A stretch of DNA of 64,000 nucleotides from Octopus sinensis (lineage: Eukaryota), in the NCBI RefSeq assembly GCF_006345805.1, contig NC_042997.1:74276001-74340000 (forward strand), in the 5' to 3' direction. Below, one piece after another: positions 11,392 through 25,134 of the stretch. The first letter of the stretch is position 1. Each line of letters opens with the position of its first letter. A program made the translations under genes and the position numbers. The notes beneath the pieces are model-generated. The model searched no databases. It was not told where the DNA came from and was given only the letters and a program-made list of their open reading frames with translations.

Positions 11392-14245
11392 TAAGGGACA
11401 ACCTGTTGAAAGCCACTGACCAGATCTGTGGCTGGTGCAAAGTCCCCTCAAGACCCAAAATAACGTGGTGGTGGAACAATATTGTTGACATGGCTATTAG
11501 ACAAAAGAAACAGGCTTGGAAGGACTGGAAGAACGGTGGTAGCAGGGAAGTGTATCAGACTGCCAGAAGGGAAGCTAGGAGGCAGGTGTATTTAGCCAGA
11601 AGGGAAGCAGATAAGAAAAAATTTGCCAATTGTTCTGCGCCGTGAGGATGAAAGACTTGAGGTATTTCGTGTTGCAAGATAGTGTGTGAGAGAGAATCGT
11701 GACGTGGTAGGAGAGAAATGTGTTCACAAGGATGACGGTTCACTTGCGCTAAATGAGGATGCAAAGAGAGAGGTTTGGAGATGCCACTATGAGAGGTTGC
11801 TAAATGAAGAAAATGAATGGGATAAAGAGAGTCTGCCGAATGTCGACCCAACAGAGGGACCAGCTATCCGAGTTGACAGTTCCTTAGTAGTTAAGGCAAT
11901 TACAAGCATGAAAACAGGGAAAGCCCCAGGCCCATCAGGAATTACTGCAGAGATGCTCAAAATATCTGGTAGTGTCGGCTATAGCCTAGTCACCCGTATA
12001 GTTAACCAGGTGATACACGAAGGAGTCATACCCAATAACTGGTGTAGCAGCATAATAGTCAACTGCTACAAAGGTAAAGGTGATGCCCTAGATACAAATA
12101 ATTACAGGGGTATCAAGCTGCTGGATCAGGTAATGAAGGTTACGGAGAGGGTTATAGCCCAACTAATTAGAGAGAGAGAGTTAGCTTAGATGAGATGCAG
12201 TTTGGGTTCGTGCCAGGGGAAAGTACTACTGATGCTATATTCCTGGTAAGACAACTGCAGGAGAAATACCTAGCCAAAGATAAGCCCCTGTACCTGGCTT
12301 TTGTTGACATGGAGAAAGCCTTCGACAGGGTCCCCCGATCCCTTATCTGGTGGTCAATGAGGAAACTAGGGATAGATGAATGGTTAGTGAGAGCTGTGCA
12401 AACCATGTACAGAGACGGTGCTAGTAAGGTGAGGGTTGGCAACGAGTACAGTGAAGAATTCCGTGTAGAGGTAGGGGTCCACCAAGGCTCAGTCCTCAGC
12501 CCCCTCCTATTTATCATAGTCCTCCAGGCAATAACGGAGGAATTCAAGACAGGATGCCCCTGGGAGCTCCTCTATGCTGATGACCTTGCTCTAATTGCTG
12601 AGTCACTATCAGAACTGGAGGAGAAGTTTCAGGTGTGGAAGCAAGGTTTAGAATCGAAGGGCCTTAGAATCAACCTAGCCAAAACCAAAGTCCTAATAAG
12701 TAGGAAGGTAGCCCAATCACAAACGCCTTCAGGTAGATGGGCCTGCTCGATCTGTAAAAAAGGTGTAGGTAGAAACTCTATAAGGTGCACCAAGTGTAAG
12801 CTATGGACACATAAGAGGTGCAGCAATGTCAAAGGAAGGCTAACAAGGAAAATAGTTTTTATCTGTGGCAGATGCTCAGGAGCAATAAACACTGAAAATG
12901 TGCAGAGACCAATTTCTACCACGTTCCAGGGAGAAAAACTAGAAGTAGTTGATAGCTTTCGTTACCTAGGTGACCAAGTCAGTGGCAGGGGTGGGTGTGC
13001 TGAAAGTGTAACCTGCTAGAGTAAGAATAGCCTGGGCAAAGTTTAGAGAGCTCTTACCCCTGCTGGTGACAAAAGGCCTCTCGCTCAGTGTAAAAGGCAG
13101 ACTGTATGATGCATGTGTACGTACAGCCATGCTACATGGTAGTGAAACATGGGCTGTGACTGCTGAGGATATGCGTAAGCTCGCAAGAAATGAAGCCAGT
13201 ATGCTCCGCTGGATGTGTAATGTCAGTGTTCATACTCAACAGAGTGTAAGTACCTTGAGAGAAAAGCTGGACCTAAGAAGCATCAGTTGTGGTGTGCAAG
13301 AGAGACGTTTGCGCTGGTATGGTTATGTGACGAGAATGGCTGAAGATAGTTGTGTGCAAAAGTGCCACACCCTAGCAGTTGAGGGAACCTGTGGAAGAGG
13401 TAGACCCAGGAAAACCTGGGACGAGGTGGTGAAGCACGACCTTCGAACTTTAGGTCTCACCAAGGAAATGACTAGAGACCGAGACCTATGGAAGTATGCT
13501 GTGCGTGAAAAGACCCGGCAAGACTAGTGAGACCATAACCCGTGACCTCTACCTGGTAAGTAGCCAGTCGACTTATACATACCTTTCCTTCTTGGGACAC
13601 AAAACTCCACTTGTGAAGACTTGTTGAGGCAAGTGAAAATCAAAATCAAAATCAAACCAAATCAAATCAGATATCAGAAAGCAGAACCAAAATTGAAGTC
13701 GATCAACATCAATGGAAATTGCAGCTGTGATACCAGTGCCGGTGACAAGTAAGCGAACCATCCGATTGTGGCCGTTGCCAGCGCCGCCCTGACTGGCCTC
13801 CGTGCCGATGGCACGTAAAAAGCACCATCCGTTCATGGCTGTTGCCAACCTCGCCTGGCCATCGTGCCAGTGGCACGTAAAAGCTCCGTCTGTTCGTGGC
13901 CATTGCCAGCCTCGCCTGGCCCCCGTGCCGGTGGCACGTAAAAAGTACCATCCGATCGTGGACATTGCCAGCCTCATCTGGCCCCCGTGCTGGTGGCACG
14001 TAAAAAGCATCATCCGTCCGTGGCCGTTTGCCAGCTCCGTCTGGCACCTGTGCGGGTGGCACGTAAAAAGCACCTACTACACTCACGGAGTGGTTGGCGT
14101 TAGGAAGGGCATCCAGCCGTAGAAACACTGCCAGATCAGACTGGGCCTGATGCAGCCTTCTGGCTTCACAGACCCCAGTTGAACCATCCAATCCATGCTA
14201 GCATGGAAAGCGGATGCTAAATGATGATGATGATGATGATGATGA
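11392..14245 (+). mobile_element. RTE-clade LINE, 5'-truncated, frameshifted; includes 3' UTR array and (GAT)n tail
   Basis: RT motifs GKAPGPSGIT, NYRGIKLL, QFGF, DMEKAFDRV, GVHQGSVLSP and LYADDL are split over ORFs 11217-13527. The 3' UTR ends in gatgatgat. Confidence 0.95.
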
Positions 14246-14819
14246 CACACATACACATGTATGAGTGAGAGTCTATGTGTGTGAGTATACATACATTTTT
14301 GTGACAACTGACACATACACACACACACACACACCTAAAGAAAGAGAGAGAGAGAGACAAACACAGAGGGAGAGAGATAGACCATTATACAAAGAGAGAT
14401 GCAATTAAAGTGTTAGATATTCAGAGGGAGAGAGAGAGAGTGCCATCCTGCAAAAGTTTAGAATTGGCTCACACACATCTACAAATACATATGTGATGCC
14501 TGACAAGTATGTAATGAATATTGTTTACCCTGAGATGTGAATGAATGTATGTCTATCTGTCTGTCTTAGTATATGTGAGTGTATGTGTGATAATTTTTAT
14601 TTTCATTTGAATTAAAACAATATAACACTTTATCTACACATGCATGTACATATTTGATGACTGACAAGTATATAATGAATATTGTTTACCCTGAAGTGTA
14701 CATGAATGTATGTCTGTGTGTATCTGTCTTAGTAGATGTATGTGAGTGTATGTGAGAGTGTATGTGTGTGTGAGTGAACGTATGATTGTCACTGATGTAA
14801 ACTGGCTATGTGAAAGAGC

Positions 14820-15771
14820 TATACTGGCTCTAACTAATGAAATGGTTGATAAACTCAAATCATGAACATCTTATGACTTTTCAATCAATTCACACAACAG
14901 TCAATCAAGATCAGGCTGTTCAATACCCTGTTGAATTTCTGAACACACTTAACCCATTAGCATTTAAACCGGCCATATCCGGCCAAAATATTCTCCCCTG
15001 TTTTATGTTCAAATTGGCCAAATCTGGCCTCTCACACCAGCCCTAGTATATAATTCTAAAAATGAATAGTTACTTCATCAAAATCTCAAAGCTACAAGAT
15101 AATGCAGGATTAATTTAAAACAATGTGAATAAATAAGCATTACTTTTGATAGAATAATGCAAATACTGGGATGTCACCACATAACTTGACACTAAAGTTG
15201 GATGCTCCCATTATGTTGCTTAGGAATCTTGACCCACCTCGCCTGTGTAATGGAACTCACTTAATTGTTACTTCCATGATGCCCCATGTCTTAGAGGCAA
15301 CAATCATAACAGGTAGTCACAAAGGAGAAAATGTCTTTATTCCAAAAATTCCTCTCATACCTACAGATGTTCCATTTGAATTTAAGAGGCTTCAGTTTCC
15401 AGTCAAACTAAGTTTTGGTATTTCAATTAACAAATCTCAGGGTCAGTTCCTCAAGGTAGTTGGACTTGACCTCTCTACTACATGCTTCTCCTATGGCCAG
15501 CTATAAGTTGATTGCTCACAAGTTGAAAGTAGCAACAATTTATTCATTTGGACACCGACAAAACATATTAAAATGAATATTGTTTACTCTGAGGTGCTTC
15601 AACATTGACAGATTTTCATTTCTAAGTTCTATTATCATTATAATTTGGATATTTTTTTAATAAAATATAGATATTTTGAAATAATGATAAAAAAAAATAT
15701 CTTTATATTTATTGTTTACTAATCTGAATAAGAACAGCTGTAACCCAGACAATGCCAGGTCATTCAGCTAG
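14820..15771 (+). mobile_element. Helitron 3' fragment (Pif1 helicase C-terminus plus 3' terminus)
   Basis: QYPVEFLNTLNP / GMSPHNLTLK..PIMLLRNLDPPRLCNGT / RLQFPVKLSF..SINKSQGQ. 3' end: cccagacaatgccagg, then tcattcag and CTAG|t. Confidence 0.9.
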
Positions 15772-16017
15772 TATACTAATATAACAGTATTATCTGTTTG
15801 TCTGTCTATGTGCTTGACTCATTGCTCCATCCCCATTGACCAACTGACTTGGTGGTATTGTTGTACTGAATAGATTTGGAAAGATACATTGGATAATACA
15901 ATTCTGCATATATTATATTTGAAAAACAATAGGATGGTGAAGGCCAGAACATTAGTCAAACAATGAAAAGTTGACAGAAGAAAATAACTCAAGAGTAAGA
16001 AACAGTATATGTCATAC

Positions 16018-16188
16018 CTGGAAAGTTAATTGGGAAGTGAAAATCAACTTGTCTCTTTCAAATAATCCCCTTGTGGTGTATTGATACACAGAATATGTTA
16101 TCTTATCTATCAAGTTTACAACTCGTTCAGAAACATCTTCAGCGAGCTCAGCTTGTTCTATAGCCTTTTCAAATACTGTACTGAATGC
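16018..16188 (-). CDS. DNAH9/DNAH17: Dynein heavy chain exon (AFSTVFEKAI...TSQLTFQ); not in the supplied ORF track
   Basis: Translated by hand: 57 codons containing YQYTTRGLFERDKL, with tttttcag acceptor and gtatga donor. Confidence 0.94.
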
Positions 16189-18272
16189 CTGAAAAATGAA
16201 ACATATTTTACTTTAATTCTTATTCCTTTATATGTTTTGTGCATCATTAAACTTTTAAAGTGAGAATAACAGGTTTGATATGTTAGCTAACTAATTATTT
16301 TAACACACACCTGTTGAAATCTCTTAATGGAAATGGAATCTACTGTGGGTAGTTGATCAATGCTTTAATGGGAAATAATCCAATCTAATGATATGACAAT
16401 GACAAAGTCTGCCTACATCCTTAGAGGACAGCTCTGGTCACAGTGTGGTTTTGAGCTTGCATGTTTTGCAGATATTTGGGACCTTTTCTGTTTGGCTGCA
16501 CCTGTAGAAATTTTAAAGTTTAGTGAAAATTTTGAAATTTGGTGTATTGATGTAATTTTCCACATTGAATTTCAGAAGATGATTCACTTTTGCTATAAAT
16601 GTTTTAAAAAAGAGTTGCAGAAGTTTAAAGTATGATAATTTTTAACCAGTCAGAAAACAGGATTTGGAAGCTGTTATTTTGTGCATGACAGCATGTGTTG
16701 TCAACTGTAAATAAATGAAATATCGGTGGAATTCTGCTTTATGCACACCATATAACCCCTCATAACTTTATTTTTTGGAATTTTCAGATAAGTTTTGTGA
16801 ATTTGTATTCCACACATGAGAATTCATATGATTGTGCAAAAACAAAAAAATTAGCTGTTATTTGTAGCACCTCTCATGATCATCTTATTACCAAATGTGT
16901 TTTAAGCATAATAAGCAACAAAAAGAACATGTGTTAAGCAATTTGGTAACAGCTTTGGTTTGTTACTATAGAAGCAGGCACCTATGTGTCTGTAGCTTTG
17001 ATTGGCTAAGATTACCCAAAATTTGTAAATTTTAAAAGCTATTAACTTTTTATTTAATGATTTATGGTGAAAATGAATTTCATGTCAATGATTACTTTAC
17101 AAAACTAAGTCAACACACCAAATATGAAATCAATTGGAACAAAAATTGAAGAAATTGAAAAGTGGCAGCCAAACAGAAAAGGTCCAATATTTGGCCTGGT
17201 TGTCCCTATTTGATGAATAATGAATAGATTGCATTACTTTGTTAAGTTTTCCAGAAAAATTAGTAGAATAACAAACCAGCTTTTAGTACTTAGTTCTGTA
17301 TGGGTTAATATTAGGTTCATTTAATTAGTTTTTCCTTTCTCTATAAATCTGTAGCCTTGTTCTAGAGAAACCAATGCTTGTTAGCTCTAATGTGGTGGCA
17401 ATAGTACGCCACAAGAGTAAATGCTTGTCAGTGTCTAGTTCAATGCCTTCTGTTTTGATACCAAACTGGACTTCATTTCTTTGGAGTTGAGAAAATGGAT
17501 TATTCTTGTATACCTTCTTTACAATATCTGTCTTGCTGGTCCAATTTCTGCTGGAACATTTCATTTATCTCACTTTTTATCATATCAATTTCTGGCTGAC
17601 ATTAATAGTTTGAAACTGGATGAGATCTTCCAGTTGATTCTACATTTGTGAGTTCAAGATAGTGAGCACCAAGATGAAAGTAAGCTCTAAGTAAACAGAC
17701 CTGACTTCAATTGTAACTATTTCATTACATTTACATTGTTAGTGCTCTTGAGAAAGGCAAAATATGTACATCTTGCTCCCCATATCAGTACTCATTAACT
17801 CAAAGTCAATTGCCATTACCCATTGTTAAATCACCCTTGATTAAAAGGAGTGATAAAATTTATCTATTAACAATGAATAAAAAACTTATTGATTGACTTC
17901 ATAAAGACAGGATCATTAAAAGAGGAGTAAATAGTAGTTACTACCTTGTTACTGCTGCACTGTCTTTTTTTTAGTTACCACAATCATTCTATTGCAACCA
18001 TCCTCACAGCCTACGTTTAGCTATTGCCATACCTTTTATAGCAACTACTACATCCATGTAGTCATCCTTATTATAACACTATTACTATGAATACTTATAT
18101 TTATCAGCTTATGTCTATAATATTTGAGTGAAGAGAACAATATTGTTTTAAATGAAATTTATTATTGATTAATCTAGGTTTGAATATCAATATTTGAACA
18201 TGCAAATATAAAAAGTATACATAAGAGGGGACAAAATGGATGACAGTGTATTATGTGTCTACACCTCCTTGT

Positions 18273-18497
18273 TTAACTCTTTAGCATCCAGATTACTCTT
18301 AAATATAATGCTTATTTATTTTAATTGTTTTAAATTAACCATACAGTATCTCATAGCTTCAAGATTTCAGTAATGTGATTGTTTCTTGGTATAATGACAT
18401 TGTAGGGTAGGTGTGAGAGGCTAGACTGACTGGTTTGAACATAAAAGAGATAAAATATTTGGTCCAAATATAGTCAATTTAAACACTAAAGGGTTAA
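18273..18497. mobile_element. TTAA-flanked (piggyBac-type) MITE; related partial copy at 14949-15165
   Basis: ttaa-ctctttagca ... cactaaaggg-ttaa termini; the body is the reverse complement of the 14949 insert. Confidence 0.6.
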
Positions 18498-18879
18498 ATC
18501 TAGGTATATTAGTGACTTAATCCATTTCTTGCATCAACATATATCTTGAACAAAAAATATTTTAAAATCTACTGAAGGTCTGATTGAGATTCACAGTTAA
18601 TTCAGTCACAGCATCTCCTTAATATATAATGCTGAGAGTGAAAACACCTCATCCAAATTGTTCAGATTGCTTTAAAGAAATTTAGTTATATTATGTATTG
18701 CTTTGACAATTCAATTTTTGTTGATTATATCACAATTGAAAACTGAATGATTTCACATTTTGGACAAAATAGAACATACAAACATAAAGAGTACATATAG
18801 TATTCTCACAGCCATATCACATTTATGCATTCTTTATATGTCATTTTTATTTTTATTTTTAAGATATATTGGGTCTTAC

Positions 18880-19140
18880 CTTCAGAGAAAACTGGTACAT
18901 TGGATGAATTTTATTGAGATCACCCAAGAGAAAGTAGATCAAAGATGCTCTGCAAGCTGCTGGTCTGTAATTCTCTCTGGCATCATTGATTTCTCTCTCA
19001 GTAGTCTTTGCTTCGGCAACTTTTGTTTCAATCTCAGCTGCAGTGGACTTTGTTGTCTCTAAATTCTCAACAAGAGCATAGTCTCCAAGGAAATTTCCCT
19101 CTGCAGCAGACAGTCGGGCTAATAGGAAATCTTCTAGTTG
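18880..19140 (-). CDS. DNAH9/DNAH17: Dynein heavy chain exon: buttress region (QLEDFLL...MYQFSLK)
   Basis: 87 codons, acacag acceptor and gtaaga donor. Contains [18 protein letters not shown] and YQFSLK. Confidence 0.96.
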
Positions 19141-19656
19141 CTGTGTATTTAGACATACAACAGATATGTATGCATATATATATATATATAATATGTACAT
19201 ACGCACACACATATGTATATCAAACAAAGCACACGCATTTACATACATGTCTATATTTATACAGGGATATATATATATGTATAAGGATGAAAAGGAACAC
19301 ACGAGTTGATATATATGAAAAAACAAGTCAGGATAGAAAATGCTAAGATAATTTTATAAAGAACATTTCAGTACTGGTTTCAGTCATTGAGACTTTTTCA
19401 ACTGTAACAATTAAAGAATTAAATTATATATATATATATATATATATCAAACAAAACAAGAGGAGAAATTGTTTATAAAACATTTAATTACACTCTCTTA
19501 CATATGTTTCATTAAAAATTAATCATTATTAGTTATATAATCTAAATTATAATCCAATACACATACACACACACATGTGGAGCATGCTGCTGACTCACAG
19601 TGACTGGGGGGGGGGGGGCAAGATCTTTATTTTGGTCAAGTCAGTCTTTTGTTGCA

Positions 19657-19693
<37 letters not shown>

Positions 19694-19706
19694 CACACAC
19701 ACACAC

Positions 19707-20582
19707 ATATGAGGAGGTAGTCAAAAGAAACTGGAATTTTGCAATATTATTTTATTCACTTAGTTTTACATGTTTACACTTTTATCACCTGCAAAGTATT
19801 CTCCGTTTCAAACAATGTGTTTTCCACTGCTCAAAGCAGTTCCAGAACTCTTGTAAAGTGATGCCTTTGCCTCCATCATTTTTTCTTCCTTTTCTACATC
19901 TGTAAATTCCATAGTATCAGCTTTTGTCACCAGTGATAACCTTCAAAAACGGCCCGGATCAACTTCCAACTGTTCTTTCAGTTCATGACACACATTCAGT
20001 CGTGACTTCTTTTGATTTTCTGTGAGCAAACAAGGCACAAATTTTGCTGCAACTCTTTTCAGTCACAATTCCTGAAACTCTTTTCATTTACAATTCCTCA
20101 CTCAAAATTTGTTGGCAGGAGTTCTAGGACACACAAGTTCATCAATTGTTCAGTGACAGTCTTCCACATTCACAAATTTTCATGATACTTCCATTCGTTT
20201 GGGAGGTCAACTGTCGCCCTTAATGAAGTTGGTCTTCAAACAACAAGTGACCATTTCTACGGCATGAAAACCACTCATAAATTTGTGCTTTGCTCATGGC
20301 AGCATCCTTGCAAGCTGTTTGAAGCATGACAACTGCTCCAGCTGCCGTTTTCCCCAGTAGAAAAAAGAATTTCATGGAAGCACACAAAATCTGACAAACA
20401 GGGGAGAAGCACTGCAAAACAATGATGCACCACATGGCAGTACAACTTAATCTGATACCACTGGTTGGCAGATTGCCACCTAAGGGTCACATCAAGTGAC
20501 TTCTAGTGGCGGAAGCCTGAACTACAACAGGCTTGTCCCACAGAGAATGTTTCTGCTTACTTTTGGGAACCTCCACGTATAT
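19707..20582 (-). mobile_element. Internally deleted, decayed mariner transposon
   Basis: KFFFLLGKTAA..VVMLQTACKDAAMSKAQIYEWF (HTH), plus downstream fragments resembling RVAAKFVP and KVITGD. Related termini: tatgaggaggtagtcaaaag and tacgtggaggttcccaaaag. Confidence 0.8.
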
Positions 20583-20621
20583 GTGATTATAAAATTCAAG
20601 GATCTAAGTGTAGGAATTTGT

Positions 20622-20656
<35 letters not shown>

Positions 20657-22805
20657 CTGGTGTAGAACTCAATATATGTATGTATCAAAACAAAGTATTA
20701 GATGAGTATAGAGCAGTAATAAGAGATGACTCAGGAAAAACAATGGTTATGTTATGAACTTCATTAGTTTACAGCTGTTTCTGCTATAAGATGCAGTGGA
20801 CTCTTAGCTGAGTGCCTGAATAATATCCTACAGCTTCCTCAGAGCTTCGAATATGAAGCGCAATTTATTTGGGGGAAAAAATTGCATTTATGCAATATAC
20901 AGGGAAAGCATTACTAGTGAGAAAGTCAATGCTGATGTGTATAAAAAAATTATCATTAAAAGGCAATTAGATTTACAAGCAGAAAAAGTAGAAAAAATAT
21001 ATGTATATATACACATGCACATGCATTGAAAAATGCATGCAGATACACAGCCACACACACAATGCAGAGATAAGTACACATGCACACACACACTCATACA
21101 CACACACAGACACATATATATCTATGTGTGTATATATACAATTACATATATACACACACATACACACATGTAGGTCCACCAACCTACATGTAAGTACTAC
21201 ATACACACAGAAAAAAATAGATGGAGACAGACAGAGACTGACCCACACATGCACAGCTCTATTCATACATATATGGATATACCCCTCGCACTTACATACA
21301 CATTATGAATATATGCTTTGCTTTCTCTCTCTCTTCCTTTTTCCAAAAAAACAAAAACAATATTCTCCTCTTCTAAATAAAGCACAAATGCGTCCAATTC
21401 ACATAAATGAGCAATATTCTGTTTTTACCATTTTGATTTTGTCTTGATGAGTTTCGTAAAACAAATGAAAGCACTAATAAAGGATTATCCAATATTCTGA
21501 CTGCCTCCTTTTTCTCAATTTACAATATCAGTACACAACTTCAAACAATCTATATATACATAGATATATTATATAAGATACTCATTTCTTACTTTTTAAT
21601 TTTAATTTTAAGTGTTAACTTTATTTGTAATTATTTTTATTTATTTGTGCAAAGTAGCTAGTTAGAAAATCTCTATGAGATGAAACCAATAACTATACTG
21701 AGAAGTAATGTTTGTTGCCACTTCAGTATGGCTGTTCCGTATAAACTGACATTACTTCCATTTTTAACCCTAAGAGGAAGCCTCCTCTAGCTGGTTATTT
21801 ATTCATTTATTTTTTAAATATATATTTTTAAAACATTATGTCTTAACCTTTGTTTTTAGACCACAAATCTTAAATCCTCTGTTTGCTAATTGGCATCTAT
21901 TTCTAGCATTTTTAATGGTTAGACAACTCTAGATCTCCCCTCCAGTAAAATTTGATCACCTACTAAAGATGATGTCTATTATCTTTTTTACATCCACTTT
22001 ATTACCTACACCACCCATCATTGATACCTAGCCTTGTAGGTCAAGCATCTGCTTTATTTAATTTTTTCCCTTATCTGTCTGTCTTTACATTTTCCCCATC
22101 CCCTAATTTCTTTGGATAAGAATGCCCTTTACTGCACTCAATCCCTCTAATTTCCCTAGACAAAAATACCTCTCACTATACTGATTAGTATATATCTACT
22201 ACAAAGTAACTACCCAAGTTTCTCACACCAGATTGTATTGTTTATTCCCCCCCCCTAATTTCTCTGGACCCTCACTATACTAAATAGTATATATCAAGTT
22301 CAAAGCTCTTACTTATCTATGTCTCACCAGAATGTATTATTTATTCTGCCTCTTAGTATTTGAACAACTTTAGAACTGCTAGCATTCATTTTCCCTCACT
22401 ACAGAGTACTGCATAACCATTCTTACTGACCATGGATTTACCTAAAGAATACTGATCTAATTGTATTTAATTGGACCCCTCCACTCTCTTGGACATACTT
22501 TCTTCCACTGTATCTCTAACCTATATCTCTGCAATAATGAAATACCCAACTTAGAGAGTTTTTTATATCTCAGAAACAGCTGTCAGAGACTATTTTTTTA
22601 CTATTCATTATGTAGCTAAATTAGATTAAATTAAATCAAATTAAATGACCTTGTCAAGTCTTACCTAGTTATTTGCTTTTCCTCACTAATTTAAACTACA
22701 CCTACTGCTGTTCAGACTGGAATTTTGGTGGTGCATCAATTTGGGCACTCAGAATGCATACCTGTGAGTTTGAGTCATCCTGATGAAAATATCCTCATAT
22801 CCTAA

Positions 22806-22872
<67 letters not shown>

Positions 22873-24483
22873 AGGATAGATGTGGCTGGTTCATAGGTTA
22901 CCCAGGGTTTCACGTCCATAAAATGCTTTGCTTTACATATGTCTCATCAGGCCCTAATGGCCAATGTAATGTAAACTTCAATAACGAATTTACAGTGCAC
23001 ACATATATAAACATATATGGGCATATATACTTACATATATATATATGGGTACACACATACATAACACTACACACATGCACACACACACCCACCCACACCC
23101 ACCCACCCACACACACAAGATAGACCTGTCCAAACATACATAGAACATATTACATGCACATAAAATATACATATACATGTACATATAGAAATGTGCACAA
23201 ATACATATGCATATGCATGTACATACATGTAAGTTGTATATATATGTGTAGACATATAAATTATCAAGTGCAAGAAAAAAAGGAAAAGAAAAGAGAAGAA
23301 ATAATGATAATGATATCCTATTTTATTTTTATGTTTATTCAAAGATACACACAAAAACCTTAAACTTTTTTGTAAGCTGTCTCACTTCTGCCAAACTTCA
23401 CACAATTTTATCCATGACTTTGCCAACTACTTTAACTTTTAATTTATAATTTTAAACACATGTCCGGAGAAAATTTATTGTTATAGTTTGTGTATTTCTG
23501 AAGATATTGCAAGCTCTACTTATTCAATTTTTTCTTATAATATTCTTCCTATAATATTGGATGCTTTGTGTGGCTTACTTTATAATATTTGCTGTTTTGT
23601 ACTTTATAAAATATGTGTAATTGATCCTCAAAAGGCTACACCTCACTGAATGATATCACCTAATAAAAATGTACTTTAACTTAATTTATTTACAATTTAA
23701 TATTCTATTTTAATTTATTTTATTCAATTATTATTTTCGTTAATGGATGCGTGATTTCATTTTTCAATACTATCATTCCCTTACATGTATATATTCAACA
23801 CATTGTTTTTTTTCCTATGAGTGTGTAGAGACAACCATACGTAAAGGAGATGGTGATGAATGGCTCCTTTTAAATGCTGCATGGTCGCCCTACAAAAATA
23901 AGCCAAAATACATTGGATAAATGAACAAAGAGTGTCAGTAAAGAATAAATGAGAAAAACACAATCGTATAATGTATAAGAGAAAAGATTTAACATGTGGT
24001 TAGCAGAACATGTGTGTGTTCGTGAGTGCGATGTAAGTGTGTTCGTCATAAGTGTGTGTATGTGTGCTAGCAGAGTGTGTCTGTGTGTGTGATATAAGTG
24101 TGTACATAATAAGGTGTATGTGTGTGAGATAATACAGAGCATAGAAAAGTCTATAACAGGACACTAGATGAAGGTTCAGACAAGATGTTGATAAATACCA
24201 GTTCGGTGTAAGACACACCATAGTTAGTTCTGTAACAGAGAGGTTAGTGGCAAAGTGGAGAGCCGGTTGAAACTCATGTAGAGTAAGCGGTTGAGGCTTC
24301 TATCCGATGCCGAGTTACTTGGTACAGAAGATCTCGCTGTTAACCTTAGTGAGTATTCACAACAGCGTGAAGTTAAATCTTGAATGATGTTGGTTGGTGT
24401 GTACGTAGACATGTTGGTGGTGTCGATAAGCTTAAGGCAACAGTGGTGTCAGAGAGAGAGGATGTGTTTCACCAAATGCTACA

Positions 24484-25134
24484 AGTGTATCTATATACGA
24501 GGGGAAGTAAAAAAATTATCCACACTTTCGCCATAACATATCTATGTTATTGTTACACTGCCTTCTGTGCATGTGTGCTTATAGTTGGTACTATTGTGGT
24601 CATATGACCGAAGTTTGAGCCTGAGCATGCTATCTTTCTTTTTGGCTTTTCAGTGTAAGCATGACAGCAATGTGCACCAAAGAAGAATTAAAAACAGTGA
24701 TCTGAGAGATGGTGATGGTGAACTGTTTCAACATTACCATCTCTTGAACTTGTTGAATCTTCTTGTCAGTGATGAAGATTGATGGGCGTTTTGCTTTCTC
24801 TTCATGCATGATGCTTGTTCAGCCACTTTTAAACTTCTTGATCTACTCATACATACTTCTAAAAGCATCTGATGAATTTCAGCACCAGACACAGCTTTTG
24901 ACCAGAGAAATCAGATCACTGCTTTTTGTTCTTCTTTGGTGCACATTGCTGTCATGCTTACACTGAAAAGCCAAAAAGAAAGATAGCATGATCAGGATCA
25001 AACTTCGATCATATGACCACAATAGTACCAACTATAAGCACACACATGTACAGAAGGCAGTGTGACAATAACAAAGATATGTTATGGCGAAAGTGTGGAT
25101 AATTTTTTTACTTCCCTTCATATATAGATACACT
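24484..25134 (-). mobile_element. Mariner left end with N-terminal transposase remnant, flanked by an inverted copy of itself; third diverged left end at ~25167-25330
   Basis: Minus strand MTAMCTKEEQKAVI*FLWSK and KFKSG*TSIMHEEKAKRPS; tacgagggg TIR; ~220-bp inverted arms. Confidence 0.8.

Noticed and set aside
17230-17720. Coiled-coil-like minus-strand fragments
   Set aside because: Multiple stops, no motif, and not needed for dynein exon continuity.
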